From: Octopus vulgaris
Taxonomy: Eukaryota
Assembly: GCA_951406725.2 (NCBI GenBank)
Contig: OX597816.1
Span: 434,001 to 498,000 of the forward strand
Length of the DNA: 64,000 nt
Reading direction: 5' to 3'
The translations under genes were made by a program, and so were the position numbers. This document shows, piece by piece, positions 49,552 through 62,012 of the stretch (positions are counted from its first letter, which is position 1; each line of letters starts with the position of its first letter). The notes beneath the pieces are model-generated. The model searched no databases and was not told where the DNA came from. It worked only from the letters and a program-made list of their open reading frames with translations.

Positions 49552-52500
49552 CTGCGGAATAAACAGACATACATAACTTCAACAGTAACATGTAAAGTAC
49601 AAACATTTTTATTAAAAAGTAATAAATAAATCACTAAAACCATAACAATATTATCTAATTATTGACTAGAAATTTTCAAAAAATAATTACAATTAGAAAT
49701 TCAATTCTTTTTAATCAACTGATCTATAAATATCTGACCTAAAATCCAAATGTTGGTGATACAGATGAGAGTGCATATATATATATATACACACACACAC
49801 AAGTATCATCATCATTTAACTTCCGTGTGTGTGTGTGATCATCACTTAGCATCCATCTTAGCAGGAGTTGAACGGTTTGACTGGATTTGATGAGCCAGAG
49901 AACCACAGTGATTTGTCTGTCTGTCCTGAAATCGTTTCTATGTCTAGATACCCTTTCTAATATCCACCACTTTACAGACTATACTGAGAGCTTTTTTTAG
50001 AGTATGGGCAGTAGTGAAGTTACCAAATAACTCTCAAGACAAGACCCCTCAATCAAGTAGGCATGTAGTATTGAGAGGGGTGGCTGAATGTCAGTTATTG
50101 AGTGGCTAAGGTATGAGTGAGGGTCAAAAACAGGAGTATTGTTATAGAGGAGATACATGGCTACCCCAGGCGGAAAGAGAAAAAGAGGGGGTAGTAATCA
50201 GGTGTTGGGAAATATGCTTAAGGTAAAAGAAGGTGAGGAAAGAGGGAAAGGAGATTGGGAAGTGTGTGTAAGAAGCAAAGTTCACAAGAGTGTGAAACGA
50301 GAGCAGCAGATGGGTGGAGAGGGGGATGGAATAAAAGTGAATGGCAAACAAGGGTGGGTCAAAGGTAAATATGAGTTTGGGCAGAGAGGGGAAGGAAATG
50401 GAACTGGGTCAGGAAGGAGGAGGAGGAGGAGGAGGCACAAGTATATTTGCATGAATATTTGTATATATCTGGGTGCATATGTGTAGGGGTTGATGTAGTT
50501 TGGTAGTAATTTCTTAGTGTAAACAATTGCTAAGACCGCTCTCTAAAGCTTCTTTCCAGAAATCACTTCCCAAACCATTTTATTATCCAGACAACAGTAG
50601 CTTCTGTCCTTTCTCGGAGTAACAAAAACATATTCATAAGAAAGACCAACTCGTTTTCTCATAGGATTTCAGATTTGGTACCAGTGGTATTGAACCTTGG
50701 TAAAATGTTTTCTGCCCCAGGATAACTAAAGCCTTGTAATTGGATTTAGTAGACAGAAATTGAAAAAAAACAACTTGTGTGTGTATGTGAAAGAGAGAGG
50801 GGGGAGGAGAAGGTTTTAGTGGTAAATTTATAATTGGTTTTAGAAGTAAATTCCTTCTGACTCAAACAAGCAGAAATGTGGATGCTAAATGGTGATAATG
50901 ATTACGATGAAGAATTAGCATTTAGCATTAACATTTGTAAGATTGTTGTACAGTATTTCAAAAAAGGATTCTTTCTAAGAAGGTCATTTTGTCTTATTAA
51001 ATAAATGTTAAATCAGGCCAGATATGCAACTAATTTGAAAGAGTTCCATATATATTTATACTGCCCTTTGAAATATTTGCAGTGTTGTTCCAATTACTTT
51101 CACTTTGGTCTAAAAGTTTGTGAAATGGTGTGTGTCTATTTCATAGAGTTACTAATTGCAGATATTTATAGATTCTGATAATAAATGTTTCTGGTCTCAG
51201 TACAAAGAAAGTAATTTTAGGGAAGGGAGTTAGTAGATTACATCGACCCAAGTACTTGACTGGTACTTTATTTTATCAACCCCTGAAAGGATGAAAGACA
51301 AAGTTCATCTCAGCAAAATTTGAACTCACAATGCAAAGAGACGGAACAAGTACCACAAGGAATTTTGTCCAATGCTCCAATGATTTTGCAGCTCACTGCT
51401 TCAAAATCTCCTACATCAACGAATAGCATATAAGAATGAATAAATGAAAAGGCCATGTTCTTTTAGGCATAAACATGGCTGTGTGGTTAAGAGGTTTCCC
51501 AACCACATGGCTTCACATTCAGTCTCACTATGCAGCAACTCGGACAAATGTCTTCTACTATAGACCTGGGCTAATCGATCCCTTGTAAGGGAATTTAGTA
51601 GATGGAAACTGTGTAGAAGCCTGTTGTGTTTGTGTGTGATTGTCTGTGTTTATCTCCTCACTGCTTAACAACCAGTGTTAGTTTGTTTATGTCCCTGTAA
51701 CTTGGCGATTTATTTCATATTGTTGCAGCTGGCAGAAATGAGCAGTACAAGGGCCATTCTTGTTACATTGTGTCATGCTGAATCTCCCTGAGAACCACAT
51801 AAAGGGCATGCATATCTGTGGAGTACTCAGCCACTTGCACATTAATTCCACAAGCAAGCTGTTCCACTGATCAGATCAGCAGGAACCCTCACTAACGAAG
51901 TGCCAGGTTCTGTTATTTTTTTTTTTCTCTTTTAGCGATTTGGCATTTCAGATTTAAAATAGGTGCTGGGGTCAATTTGTCAACAAACCCTGCAAGGCAG
52001 TGGTCCTGTATGGCCACAAACAATGGCTAAAACAAGTAAAAGAATAAAGGTATATTCTAGTAAACTGCTATCTTGGGTTCGTAAATACAATGTCATTTAT
52101 TACAAACGAGATGCATTCAGTTGCAATGGAGACAAAATGGGAAAAAAAAAAAATTTTAATAAAATTCTTTTTTCTTCATTGAGAGCCTTAAATACAAATG
52201 TTACTTGTTAAAAACATCAAAAAGAAAGAAATCTAAGGGCTCTCTTTTCTTTGGCTTTCCACTCAGAATTAAATAGTTTATAAACAGGGTACAATTCCTC
52301 CTAATTGATAATAATGTGTATGATTAATAATTCCTTCAGGCAACTTAAGAGCTTTAGTTTTCTGTCAGTCAGTCACCTGGCGTATGACTGGTTTTATGCA
52401 GTCTTTGCTTCAATTGATTTCGAAAATAATGAAGAATTTAGTAAAGTAACTGTCATTTGGTAAAGTAACATAACATGAAATTTTGGTGCCGGTTGTAATT

Positions 52501-52621
52501 GAACGAAATGTGTATTCTCTTAGAACCAGGTATAGTCCCAAGCAGATCCCTATCAAACGGGTTAAAGTTCAAAAGTCAAAGTTCAACCAAAGACACAAAA
52601 TCTAATAAAACAAGCACAAAC

Positions 52622-53166
52622 CTCTAAATAATTTTTCTTCTTTTTATCATGGCCAAAGAAAAATAATTTATGGCCATCAAAAATAGCCATTTTCTGACGG
52701 AGAGGAATAATTTTCTCTGGGAAGCAGTCAACCACAATGCGTAATTCATTAAGACCGAAAGTAAACAGCAACTGGTCCCAGGGACTCTTTGGATGCGATT
52801 GTATTTCAGAAATGTCTTCAGATGTCATAGGAATGAATCCATGAATATTAATACGTTGGTAAGATCTTTCACCTTGGTACCGAACAATCAAAGACTGGTT
52901 TGAAGTGTCTAACAAGACCTGCAACAATGGCAATTCTCTTCCTTCAGAATGTACACTTATTAAAGTGGCTTGAGTGCCATCACTTGCTGAAATGTCACCA
53001 TACAACAACAAGGAAAATGTTCTGCTAGATTTCCTCAGAAGACTTTTCATTGATTTTCGACTTATTCTGCCATGGAAACCTTCAGATAACTGCACTGCCC
53101 TCAAAGACACTCTTTTCACAGTCTGGTTAGTAGACTGCCTCCCAATTTCTTTAATAATATCAATTC
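52622..53166 (-). CDS. Exon: thrombospondin N-terminal (TSPN)/laminin-G-like domain
   Basis: Acceptor ttcctttcag|GA ATT GAT, donor GAG|gtttgt, 545 nt open. IDIIKEIG...TFSLLLYG...TLISV...LIVRY...WDQLLFTFGLNELRIVVDC matches the TSPN pattern (W(H)xLxxxxxxxxxxLxVDC). Confidence 0.85.
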
Positions 53167-53525
53167 CTGAAAGGAAACAATAAAATGATAATGAAAATTA
53201 ATCGTTTTTCAGAGTCAAAATTAAAGTTCCGTGAGTGACAAATGCATTCCTGAAAACTAGTAAATGTCAAGCAAATATAGTTTCTAGTGAAATTGTTGAA
53301 TTGTGGAGGGGATATATTTTGAATAATGAGTTTGGAAAGTTATTACAAACCTCAGGCATCTTAGACAATTGCTGATATACAAAACATATTACTAACCACA
53401 AGAAATCGAGAAAATCATTTTCTTTCACTGACAAAGTTTCCTTATACCACACATTCCACACTCCAGTCATTGAAAGTCTGGCTGTCCATCTACCATGCTT
53501 ATCATTATCTATATATACAACATTT

Positions 53526-53615
<90 letters not shown>

Positions 53616-54365
53616 TTGTGGTACCAGTGCCGGTGGCACATAAGAAAACCATCCGAACGTGACCGTAGCCAGTACCGCAACGACTGGCCTCCGTGCTAAG
53701 GGCACGTAACAAACACCATCCGAGCGTGGCCGTCCGCCAGCCTCGTCTGGCACCTGTGTCGGTGACACATAAAATCACCCACTACACTCTCGGAGTGGTT
53801 GGCATTAGGAAGGGCATCCAGCTGTAGAAACACTGCCAGATCTGACTGGCCTGGTGCAGCCTTCGGGCTTGCCAGACCCCAGTTGAACCGTCCAACCCAT
53901 GCTAGCATGGAAAGCGGACGTTAAACGATGATGATGATGATGATGATGATCTTGGCTCCCGTGCTCGTGGCACGTAAAAAGCGCCATTTGAGCCTGGTTG
54001 ATGCCAGTACCGCCTGACTGGCCCTTGTGCAAGTGGCACATAAAAAGCACCCACAACACTCTCAAAGTAGTTGGCATGTAGAAACATTGCCTGATCAGAT
54101 TGGAGCCTGGTGCAGCCTTCTGGCTTGCCAGCCCTCAGTACCGCCTGGGCCTTGTGCAAGTGGCACATAAAAGCACCCACAACACTCAAAGTAGCATGTA
54201 GAAACATTGCCTGATCAGATTGGAGCCTGGTGCAGCCTTCTGGCTTGCCAGCCCTCAGTCAAACCATCCAACCCATGCCAGCATGGAAAACAGACGTTAA
54301 ACGTTGAATAAAAGATAAAAATAATATATATATATGTATGTGTGTATATATATCATCATCATATG

Positions 54366-54418
<53 letters not shown>

Positions 54419-54427
54419 ATGTATGTA

Positions 54428-55690
54428 TAAGTTACGTTAAGTTAAGTTAATTTTTGGCTCAAAAAGCAAAAAGCAAGGCCATGTAGGGGGACATGGAGTT
54501 ATGTACAGGGGTGTTCATGCAAAGAGTTCAGGCCATTTCTGGTCAAGGGAGACTTTGAACCGAGCGGTCGTCGGCATCTTCACTATCTCGTCCGGCAGCT
54601 TATTCCATGGATCCGCAACCTGGACGGAGTAAGCCCCTCTCCTTCGATTGAGATGAAATCGTCGCAGATAGAGCTTTTCAGAGTGACCCCGCAGCCAACG
54701 CTCTGGAGCAGGAGTGAAGAACAGCTCTTTCGAGAGTTTACACTTTCCGCTTATGATGTTGTGAGCAAGAATGAGATCACCACGGTGTCATTGTTTTTCT
54801 AGAGAATAAAGGTCGAGTGTCTTCAGCCTTTCTTCATAAGACAAATGCTTGAGACCAAGAACCATGCGGGTAGCCAGCTTCTGGACTCTTTCGAGATGAT
54901 GTATGTCTTTGAGGAGTTAAGGAGAAGAGGCTTGAATCCCGTACTCCAATATGAGTCTCACCAGCGTGACATAGAACGGTAGGAATATGGCTGCTGTGAG
55001 CATTCCGAATGACCGTCGAATCAAAAACAGAACTCTGCGTGCTTTGTTGGCAGCATGGACGCACTGGGCCGAAGGCGAAAAGGAAGAATCCACCAAGATA
55101 CCCAGGTCCTTTACCTGGTCGGTCCTCTCCAGAAGCAGACGACCCAGCTCGAAATCAAGTTGAGTTGCAGGAGAAGAGCCAACAGGCAGATGACAGCACT
55201 TTGACACGTTCAGACACAGGTCCAATTCGTTAGACCATTTCCAAATTTGGTGGAGGCATCAACTAAGATCCTCTATATCACCGTGAGGAGCGACCAGTTT
55301 GACATCGTCGGCAAATAGAAGGGTGTGTTACGTGAGGTCATCGGGCAAGTCATTTATGAAGACTAAGAACAATAAGGGCCCAAGAATTGAACCTTGAGGC
55401 ACGCCACTGCTCACACTGGAGACGTCGGACAGTGAACCATTAACTTGGACTTGGAAGGAGCGATCTGAGAGGAAGGCACCAACCCATCGTACAATATCCG
55501 GATGGAAACTATATGCTTGGAGCTTGACAAGTAATAGGCGGTGGTTTACCAAGTCAAAAGCTTTGGCAAAGTCCAATAAAACGATGTCAACAGCATCACT
55601 ATCATCGAGGATACGTGTCACCAATTCTTCCATTACCAGTAAGTTGGTCAAGCATGATCTCTTCGGCACGAAGCCGTGTTGGGAATCAGA
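54428..55690 (-). mobile_element. CR1/L2-clade LINE RT relic, 5' truncated
   Basis: QHGF, RSCLTNLL, DFAKAFD, SGVPQGSILGPLLF, FADD, KDLGI and LEY motifs; (TAACT)n-like tail. Confidence 0.88.
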
Positions 55691-55809
55691 GATAGATGTA
55701 TATATACGTTGTGTATGTATATATGTGTGTGTGTGTGTATGTATATATGTGTGTGTGTGTGTATATATATATGTATGTATGTATGTGTGTATATATAAAT
55801 GTATATATA

Positions 55810-56998
55810 CAAAGGACGTTCAATAAGTAGTGCCTCTGACCCACTTGCAGTTGTTTGATCCGAGTCAAGTGTGAAAGGAGCCTGTTGAGTGTCGAGCAGT
55901 GATCCGGTTTTTGTATTTGAAAGAACTCACACCACAGGAGACTTTTGATGAAATGAAAGTAACTTATGGTGATGATGTCCCATCATATGACCTTGTAAAA
56001 CGCTGGCATTGTGAATTCAAACATAGTCGGAACTCTGTGGAAACAGCTCCCAGATCTGGTCAACCCCCTTCTGTCATTGATAAGGCATCTGTCCGTCAAG
56101 TTGAGGCTGCCATTTTGGAAGATCGACGCATAACTATTCGCCAAATAGCCCATAAGGTCAAGATTAGTACCGGGTCTGTGGAAACTATCATTCATGACCA
56201 TTTGCATATGCAAAAGGTGTCTGCCAGATGGATTCCCTGGTTGCTCACACCTTTCCAGAAGCAAGAACGCATCGAGTGCTTTAGGATGAATTTGGAGATG
56301 TGCCAAGGAAAAGAGTCAAAATTTTTCAAAAACTGATTACACAGGATGAAACCTAGGTCCATCACTATGATCCAGAGACCAAAGCCCAGTCAATGCAGTG
56401 GAAGCACCATGACTCACCTCCTCCAAAGAAGGCAAGGGTGCAGCTCTCCGCTGGCAAGGTCATGCTCACAGTCTTCTGGGACCAGGACAGAGTAGTGATG
56501 ACAGATTTCCTGGCAAAGGGTACCACAATTACAGGAGCCTATTATGCTTCACTTTTGAGGAAATTAAGAGAAGCTATCAAAATCAAGAGGCAGGGCAAGA
56601 TCAGCAAAGGCATCCTCTTCCTGCAGGACAATGCTCTGGTCCACAAATCGCGTCTCGCCAGATCAGAAGCACAGGTGTGCGGCTATGAACTCCTCCCCCA
56701 TCCCCCTACTCTCCTGACCTTGCACCCTCTGATTTTCACCTCTTCCCAGCCATGAAGATGTTTTTGGAAGGAAAGCGTTTCCCGGATGATGTAGCCTTGA
56801 TTTCTGAAGTCACGTCGTGGTTGTAGGACCAAGCTGGGGTCTTCTACAAAAACGGTCTCCAGAGCTGTATCAAATGATGGGAGAAATGCGTAACTCTGGG
56901 TCGTTCCTATGTAGAAAAAGACCAATAACTGTGCCAAGTTTCGTTGCTCTACTGCTATGGGAAGTGGGTCAGGGGCATTACTTATTGAACACCCCTCG
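55810..56998 (+). mobile_element. mariner (DD34D-type) element with both TIRs and TA TSD, transposase inactivated
   Basis: TA|CAAAGGACGTTCAATAAGTAGTGCC ... GGCATTACTTATTGAACACCCCTCG|TA. SARWIP, TQDET, AGKVMLTVFWD, LQDNA and YSPDLAPSDF motifs with stops and frameshifts. Confidence 0.92.
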
Positions 56999-57057
56999 TA
57001 TATATGTATTATGTATGTATGTGTGTATTCATAAATATATATATATATATGTATGTA

Positions 57058-57089
<32 letters not shown>

Positions 57090-57092
<3 letters not shown>

Positions 57093-58545
57093 CATCATCA
57101 TCATCACAGTTTAACATCCGCTTTCCATGCTTGCATGGGTTGGATGACTGACTGAGGGCTGGCGAAACAGATGGCTGCACCAGGCTTCAATTTTAATCTA
57201 GCAGAGTATCTACAGCTGGATGTCCTTCCTAACGCCAACCACTCCGAGAGTGTAGTGGGTGCTTTTACATACCACTGGCACGGGGCCAGTCAGGCGGTAT
57301 TGGCAATGACCTCGCTCGAATCTTTTACACATTCCACCGCCACAGGTACCAGTAAGGCGATATTGGTAACGATCACGCTCGAATGGTGTCTTTTACGTGC
57401 CACTGACACGGAGGCCAGATAGCTGCTCTGGCAATGATCATGCTCGGATGGTGCTCTTAATACCCTACTAGCACGGGGCTCAAGTGTTAGTTAGGCGACG
57501 CTGGTAATGATCACGCTCGAATGGTGCCTTTTAAGTGCCACTGGCATGGAAGCTGGTTAGCCGCTCTGTCAGTGATCACACTCGTATGGTGCTCTTTGTA
57601 CCCCACTAGATTTGATTTTGATTTCACTTGCCTCAACAGGTTTTCGCAAGCAGAGTTTTAGTGTCCAAAGAAGGAAAAGGTATGCATAAGTGGGCTGGTT
57701 ATGCCCCTGGCATAGGCCACGAGATTATGGTCTCATTTGGCTTGCCGGGTCTTCTCACGCACGGCATATTTCCAAAAGTCTTGGTCACTAGTCATTTCCT
57801 TGGTGAGGCCTAAAGTTTGAAGGTCGTGCTTCACCACCTCATCCCAGGTCTTCCTGGATCTACCTCTTCCACAGGTTCCCTCAACCGCTAGGGTGTGGCA
57901 CTTTTTCACACAGCTGTCCTCATCAATTCTTGCCACATGACCATACCAGCGCAGTCGTCTCTCTTGCACACCACATCTGATGCTTCTTAGGTCCAACATT
58001 TCTATCAAGGTACTTACACTCTGTCGAGTATGCACACTGACATTACACAACCAGCGGAGCATACTGGCTTCATTCCTTGCGAGCTTACGCATGTCCTCAG
58101 CAGCCACAGCCCATGTTTCATTGCCATGTAGCATGGCTGTTCGTACACATGCATCATACAGTCTACCTTTTACTCTGAGCAAGAGGCCCTTTGTCACCAG
58201 CAGAGGTAAGAGCTCTCTGAACTTTGCCCAAGCTATTCTTATTCTAGCAGCTACACTTTCAGTGCACCCTCCCCCGCTACTGACTTGGTCACCTAGGTAA
58301 CAGAAGATATTAACTACTTCTAGTTTTACTCCCTGGAAAGTGGCAGAAGTTGGTCTCTGCACATTTTCAGTGTTTATTGCTTCCCAGCATCTGCCACGTA
58401 TGAAAACTATCTTCCCAGTTAGCCTTCCTTTGATATTGCTACACCTCTTATGTGTCCATAGCTTACACTGGGTACATCTTATAGAGTTTCTACCTACACC
58501 TCTACTACAAATCGAGCAGGGCCATCTACCTGAAGGGATTTGTGA
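57090..58545 (-). mobile_element. RTE LINE 3' part with UTR
   Basis: ORF 57733-58545: WPCSIC...THKRC, FCYLG, WYGHV; (CAT)n tail at 57090. Confidence 0.9.
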
Positions 58546-58589
58546 TTTATATATATATATATATACAAATATATAGAAATATTTTTTTA

Positions 58590-59520
58590 ATGTTTCAGCT
58601 ACAAAACTGCGGTCATGCTGGAGCACCACCATTGACTGAGCTACATCATTATTTGGAACCTCCTCTAATATGTCGCATTTGGTCAATGGGGTAGTTTGAT
58701 TATGCTACCCTCATCTGTGTTTCTTGCCATGAGGTAGGCTTGTCTTGAACCCGTAACAGGAAGAGATCCAGTTTAGTTTTAAAGACCATGCAGGTCTTAC
58801 AGCCATTTTGGAAGGATATTAAAGAGCTGTGGGCACCTTGAAGCCCAAGCTGTTGCAGTATCTGGTCCTGTATTTTGATGGCAATGCTGGCATCTTTGGT
58901 ACTATGCAGTGGCGCCCTGTTCTGCAGTTTGAATAACTTTCAAAGCCAAAGTTTGGTACAAGGCCTTCTAGGATTTTCCAGATGTATATCACTGTATATC
59001 TCTCCTGCCTTCATTCCAGGTTGAAGAGTTTCAATTCTATCCCAGTAGCTGACATGTTGCATCGAGACGATTTTCTTAGTGTAGCTTCGTTGGATTGCTT
59101 CGAGTTCTGTCGTTGATTTTTTATTGTGTGGTGACAGTATTTGGGAACAATAGTCTAAGCAGCTGAGAATGTAAGTCCTCCAAAGGATCATCAATGTCTC
59201 CTTTTCTCTTGTTTTGAAAGTTCGGAGGATCCTTCCAGCTAGCCGTCTGCATTTTATTACCAATTTGGTAATATGCACCTGGAGAGGTGCATCATTGCTC
59301 ATGTCAATGCCCAAGTCACGCACTGATTTTGATTCAGTGATTTCAATTCCTCCTGGGCCAGTGTATCCTGTCTGCATGTCATTTAGCCTTGTGTGTTGGT
59401 AGCGTAGAGCCTAGAAGTTTCCTGCATTAAACTGCATGTTGTTGTCCTCAGCCCACCTGTATATTGTGTCCAACTCCCATTGCAGATGTGCAATATTTCC
59501 AGGATTTTGTATTGTATGAA
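58590..59520 (-). mobile_element. CR1-like LINE RT C-terminal relic
   Basis: WAEDNNMQFNAGNF, VRDLGI, LDYCSQI and ELEAIQR motifs. Confidence 0.75.
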
Positions 59521-59524
59521 AGAC

Positions 59525-60720
59525 TGCTGAATTTGGAGAATGAATGGGAGGAGGAGTGCCTGCCAAATGTTGACCCAATTGAGGGACCAGCTACATCAAT
59601 CAACAGCATCATCATCATCGTTTAACATCCGCTTTCCATGCTAACATGGGTTGGACGATTTCACTGAGGTCTGGCAAACCAGATGGCTGCACCAGGCTCC
59701 AATCTGATCCTTGGTAGATAAAGCAATTAAGGATATGAAGACAGGGAAAACACCCAGACCATCACAAATCACCGGTGAGATGTTTAAAATATCTGGCAGT
59801 GTGGGTTATGGTCTAGTCACTTGTATTGTAAATCAGATGGTTCATGAATGAGTCATACCCAATGACTGATGTAGTCAACAGCTACAAAGGTAAAGGTGAT
59901 GCTTTAGATAGAAATAATTACAGAGGTATCAAATTGTTGGATCAGGTGATGAAAATCACAAACTAATTAAGGAGAGAGTTAGTTTAGATGAAATGTAGTT
60001 TGGGTTTGTGCCAGGGAAAAGCACCACTGATGCCATATTTCTGCCAAGGCAGCTGCAGGAGAATTACATAGCCAAAGATAAACCTCTGTAGTTGGCCTTT
60101 CTTGACTAGGAGAAAGCCTTTGGCAGGGTCCTCCAATCCCTTATCTGGTGGTCAATGCGGAAACTAGGGATAAACAAGAGGTTGGGGAGTGCTGTAGAAG
60201 CCATGTACAAGGATGTTACCAGTAAAGTGAGGGTTGGCAATGAGAACTGTGAAGAATTCAGGCTACAAGTAGGGGTTCACCAAGGATCGGTGCTCAGCCC
60301 CTTCTTGTTCACTATAGTCCTCCTGGTAATAACAGAGGAATTTAAAGATAGGCTGACTCTGGGAGCTCCTCTATGCTGATGACCTTGCTCTTATAGCTGA
60401 ATCACTAGCAGAACTAGAGAAGTTCCAGGTATGGAAGCAAGGTCTAGAATCAAAGGGTCTTAGAGTTAACCTAGCAAAAACCAAAGTATTACTAAGTAGG
60501 AAGTCACGTAAATGCGCCCTGGTGTCATGCAAATGGCACCTGTACCAGTGGCACATAATAGCACCTATTGCACTTTCAGAGTGGCTGGTATTAGGAAGGG
60601 CATCCAGCCGTAGAAAACCATGTCAAATCAGACTGGAGTCTGGTGCAGCCTTCCAGCCTTGCCAGCCCAGTGAAACTGTGCAACCTATACCAGCATGGAC
60701 AACAGGCATAAAATGGTGAT
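59525..60720 (+). mobile_element. Degenerate RTE LINE RT region
   Basis: NYRGIKLL, GVHQGSVLSPFLF and LLYADDL; interrupted by a short RTE 3'-end copy at about 59605-59710. Confidence 0.85.
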
Positions 60721-61813
60721 AATATTTTACTATGTTATATTTGATAAAAGGAATCTTTTCCAAAATATAATAGAATCATCAAACAACTTATGTAAGATGA
60801 TATAATATCTTCCTTTATTGACATGTTTTGCCTGACAACTGCATGGCTTGAAGGTTTTCTTAAAATATTTACATTATTTACGTGTAACCATGCTTCAAGC
60901 AAATTGCAGTACTCTTCATACTTTATTTGACTATGTTAAAAGTACATAAAGTACACATTTATTTTTTTATAGACAATAATATTACTATATCAGTCATTAT
61001 ACTAACAAATCTCTTGATAATTTGAGTGTTTCATTAACATTTTCCTATCCAGAAGGATGCTTTCAACATAACAGCCATCTACATGTATTCCATAAGTTTG
61101 TTTTATTCATCAACTTTTAAATATTTAATCCTTTTTCTGTTTTCATTTTCTTATCTCATAGATTCTCTTCGCTCATTAACCAATCACAATATTTCACTGC
61201 CATTAACAACAAACAAAATACATAAACATTTTGATAATCCTTCTGCCACAATAGCCTTGGTTTATTTCCTACAGTGTCTTGCAATTTGAAACTTTTCAAA
61301 CCTCTTCTTCTTTTCATACAATATATTCCCATATCCTTTGCTTGCTCAATGTTTCTTTTCTGACACCCTATATCCAATATTTTTCTGTTTATTTCTAACT
61401 GAAGTTCTCCATTACACGCTTAAAGTAATGCTTCTCTGTTATCTCAGTCTGATATTTCTAAAATAATAAGACTCACTGCCTATGTGATTATTTGTTCCAA
61501 CACTGTTTCATATCTGCCCAGAATAACAGACCTCGACAAATGGATCCCACAAACTCACTGAAATCATCATCATTATTCAACACTACTTTCCATGTTAGCA
61601 CAGGTTGAAGGAGTTGTCATGGTCTGATTTATTTCTTATTGGGAGCTAATGCTCCTTAAAAACTAGTGTTATTTGGCAAGGTTTCTACAGTTGAATCCCC
61701 TTTCTATTTCCAACCACTTTACAGAGTGGCACCAATGCTAGACAGGATGACTGGTCCTCAGGGAAACAATACCAAAGACACCTCACACTCCTACACTTTG
61801 CCTATTCACTTAC

Positions 61814-62012
61814 TGTAGAGAGGTAACCTCACTTGATATTGACCTGTACAAGGCACAGGCAGTGGGGTGCCTTGAAGATAGTAAAAAAAGAGGAAAATAC
61901 TCAGTAATCGAAGGTATGTTGACCAAGGAAGGGAACAGGAGAGGGAGTAATGGTCAGAGATGGGTAATTGATGGGGATGGATATGTTTGAATATTTTCAC
62001 TACTATTCTCAT
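61814..62012 (-). CDS. Probable first coding exon (signal peptide) of the mosaic TSPN-vWC-EGF-Kunitz-tyrosinase-like gene
   Basis: ATG-initiated open frame with hydrophobic stretch LRLLSIFLFFYYLQG, ending TAC A|GTAAGT (consensus donor, phase 1). This matches the phase-1 acceptor of exon 53166 and gives ...QVRLPLY-R-IDIIKEIG. The N-terminal segment before the hydrophobic core is long, so the start is uncertain. Confidence 0.5.
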
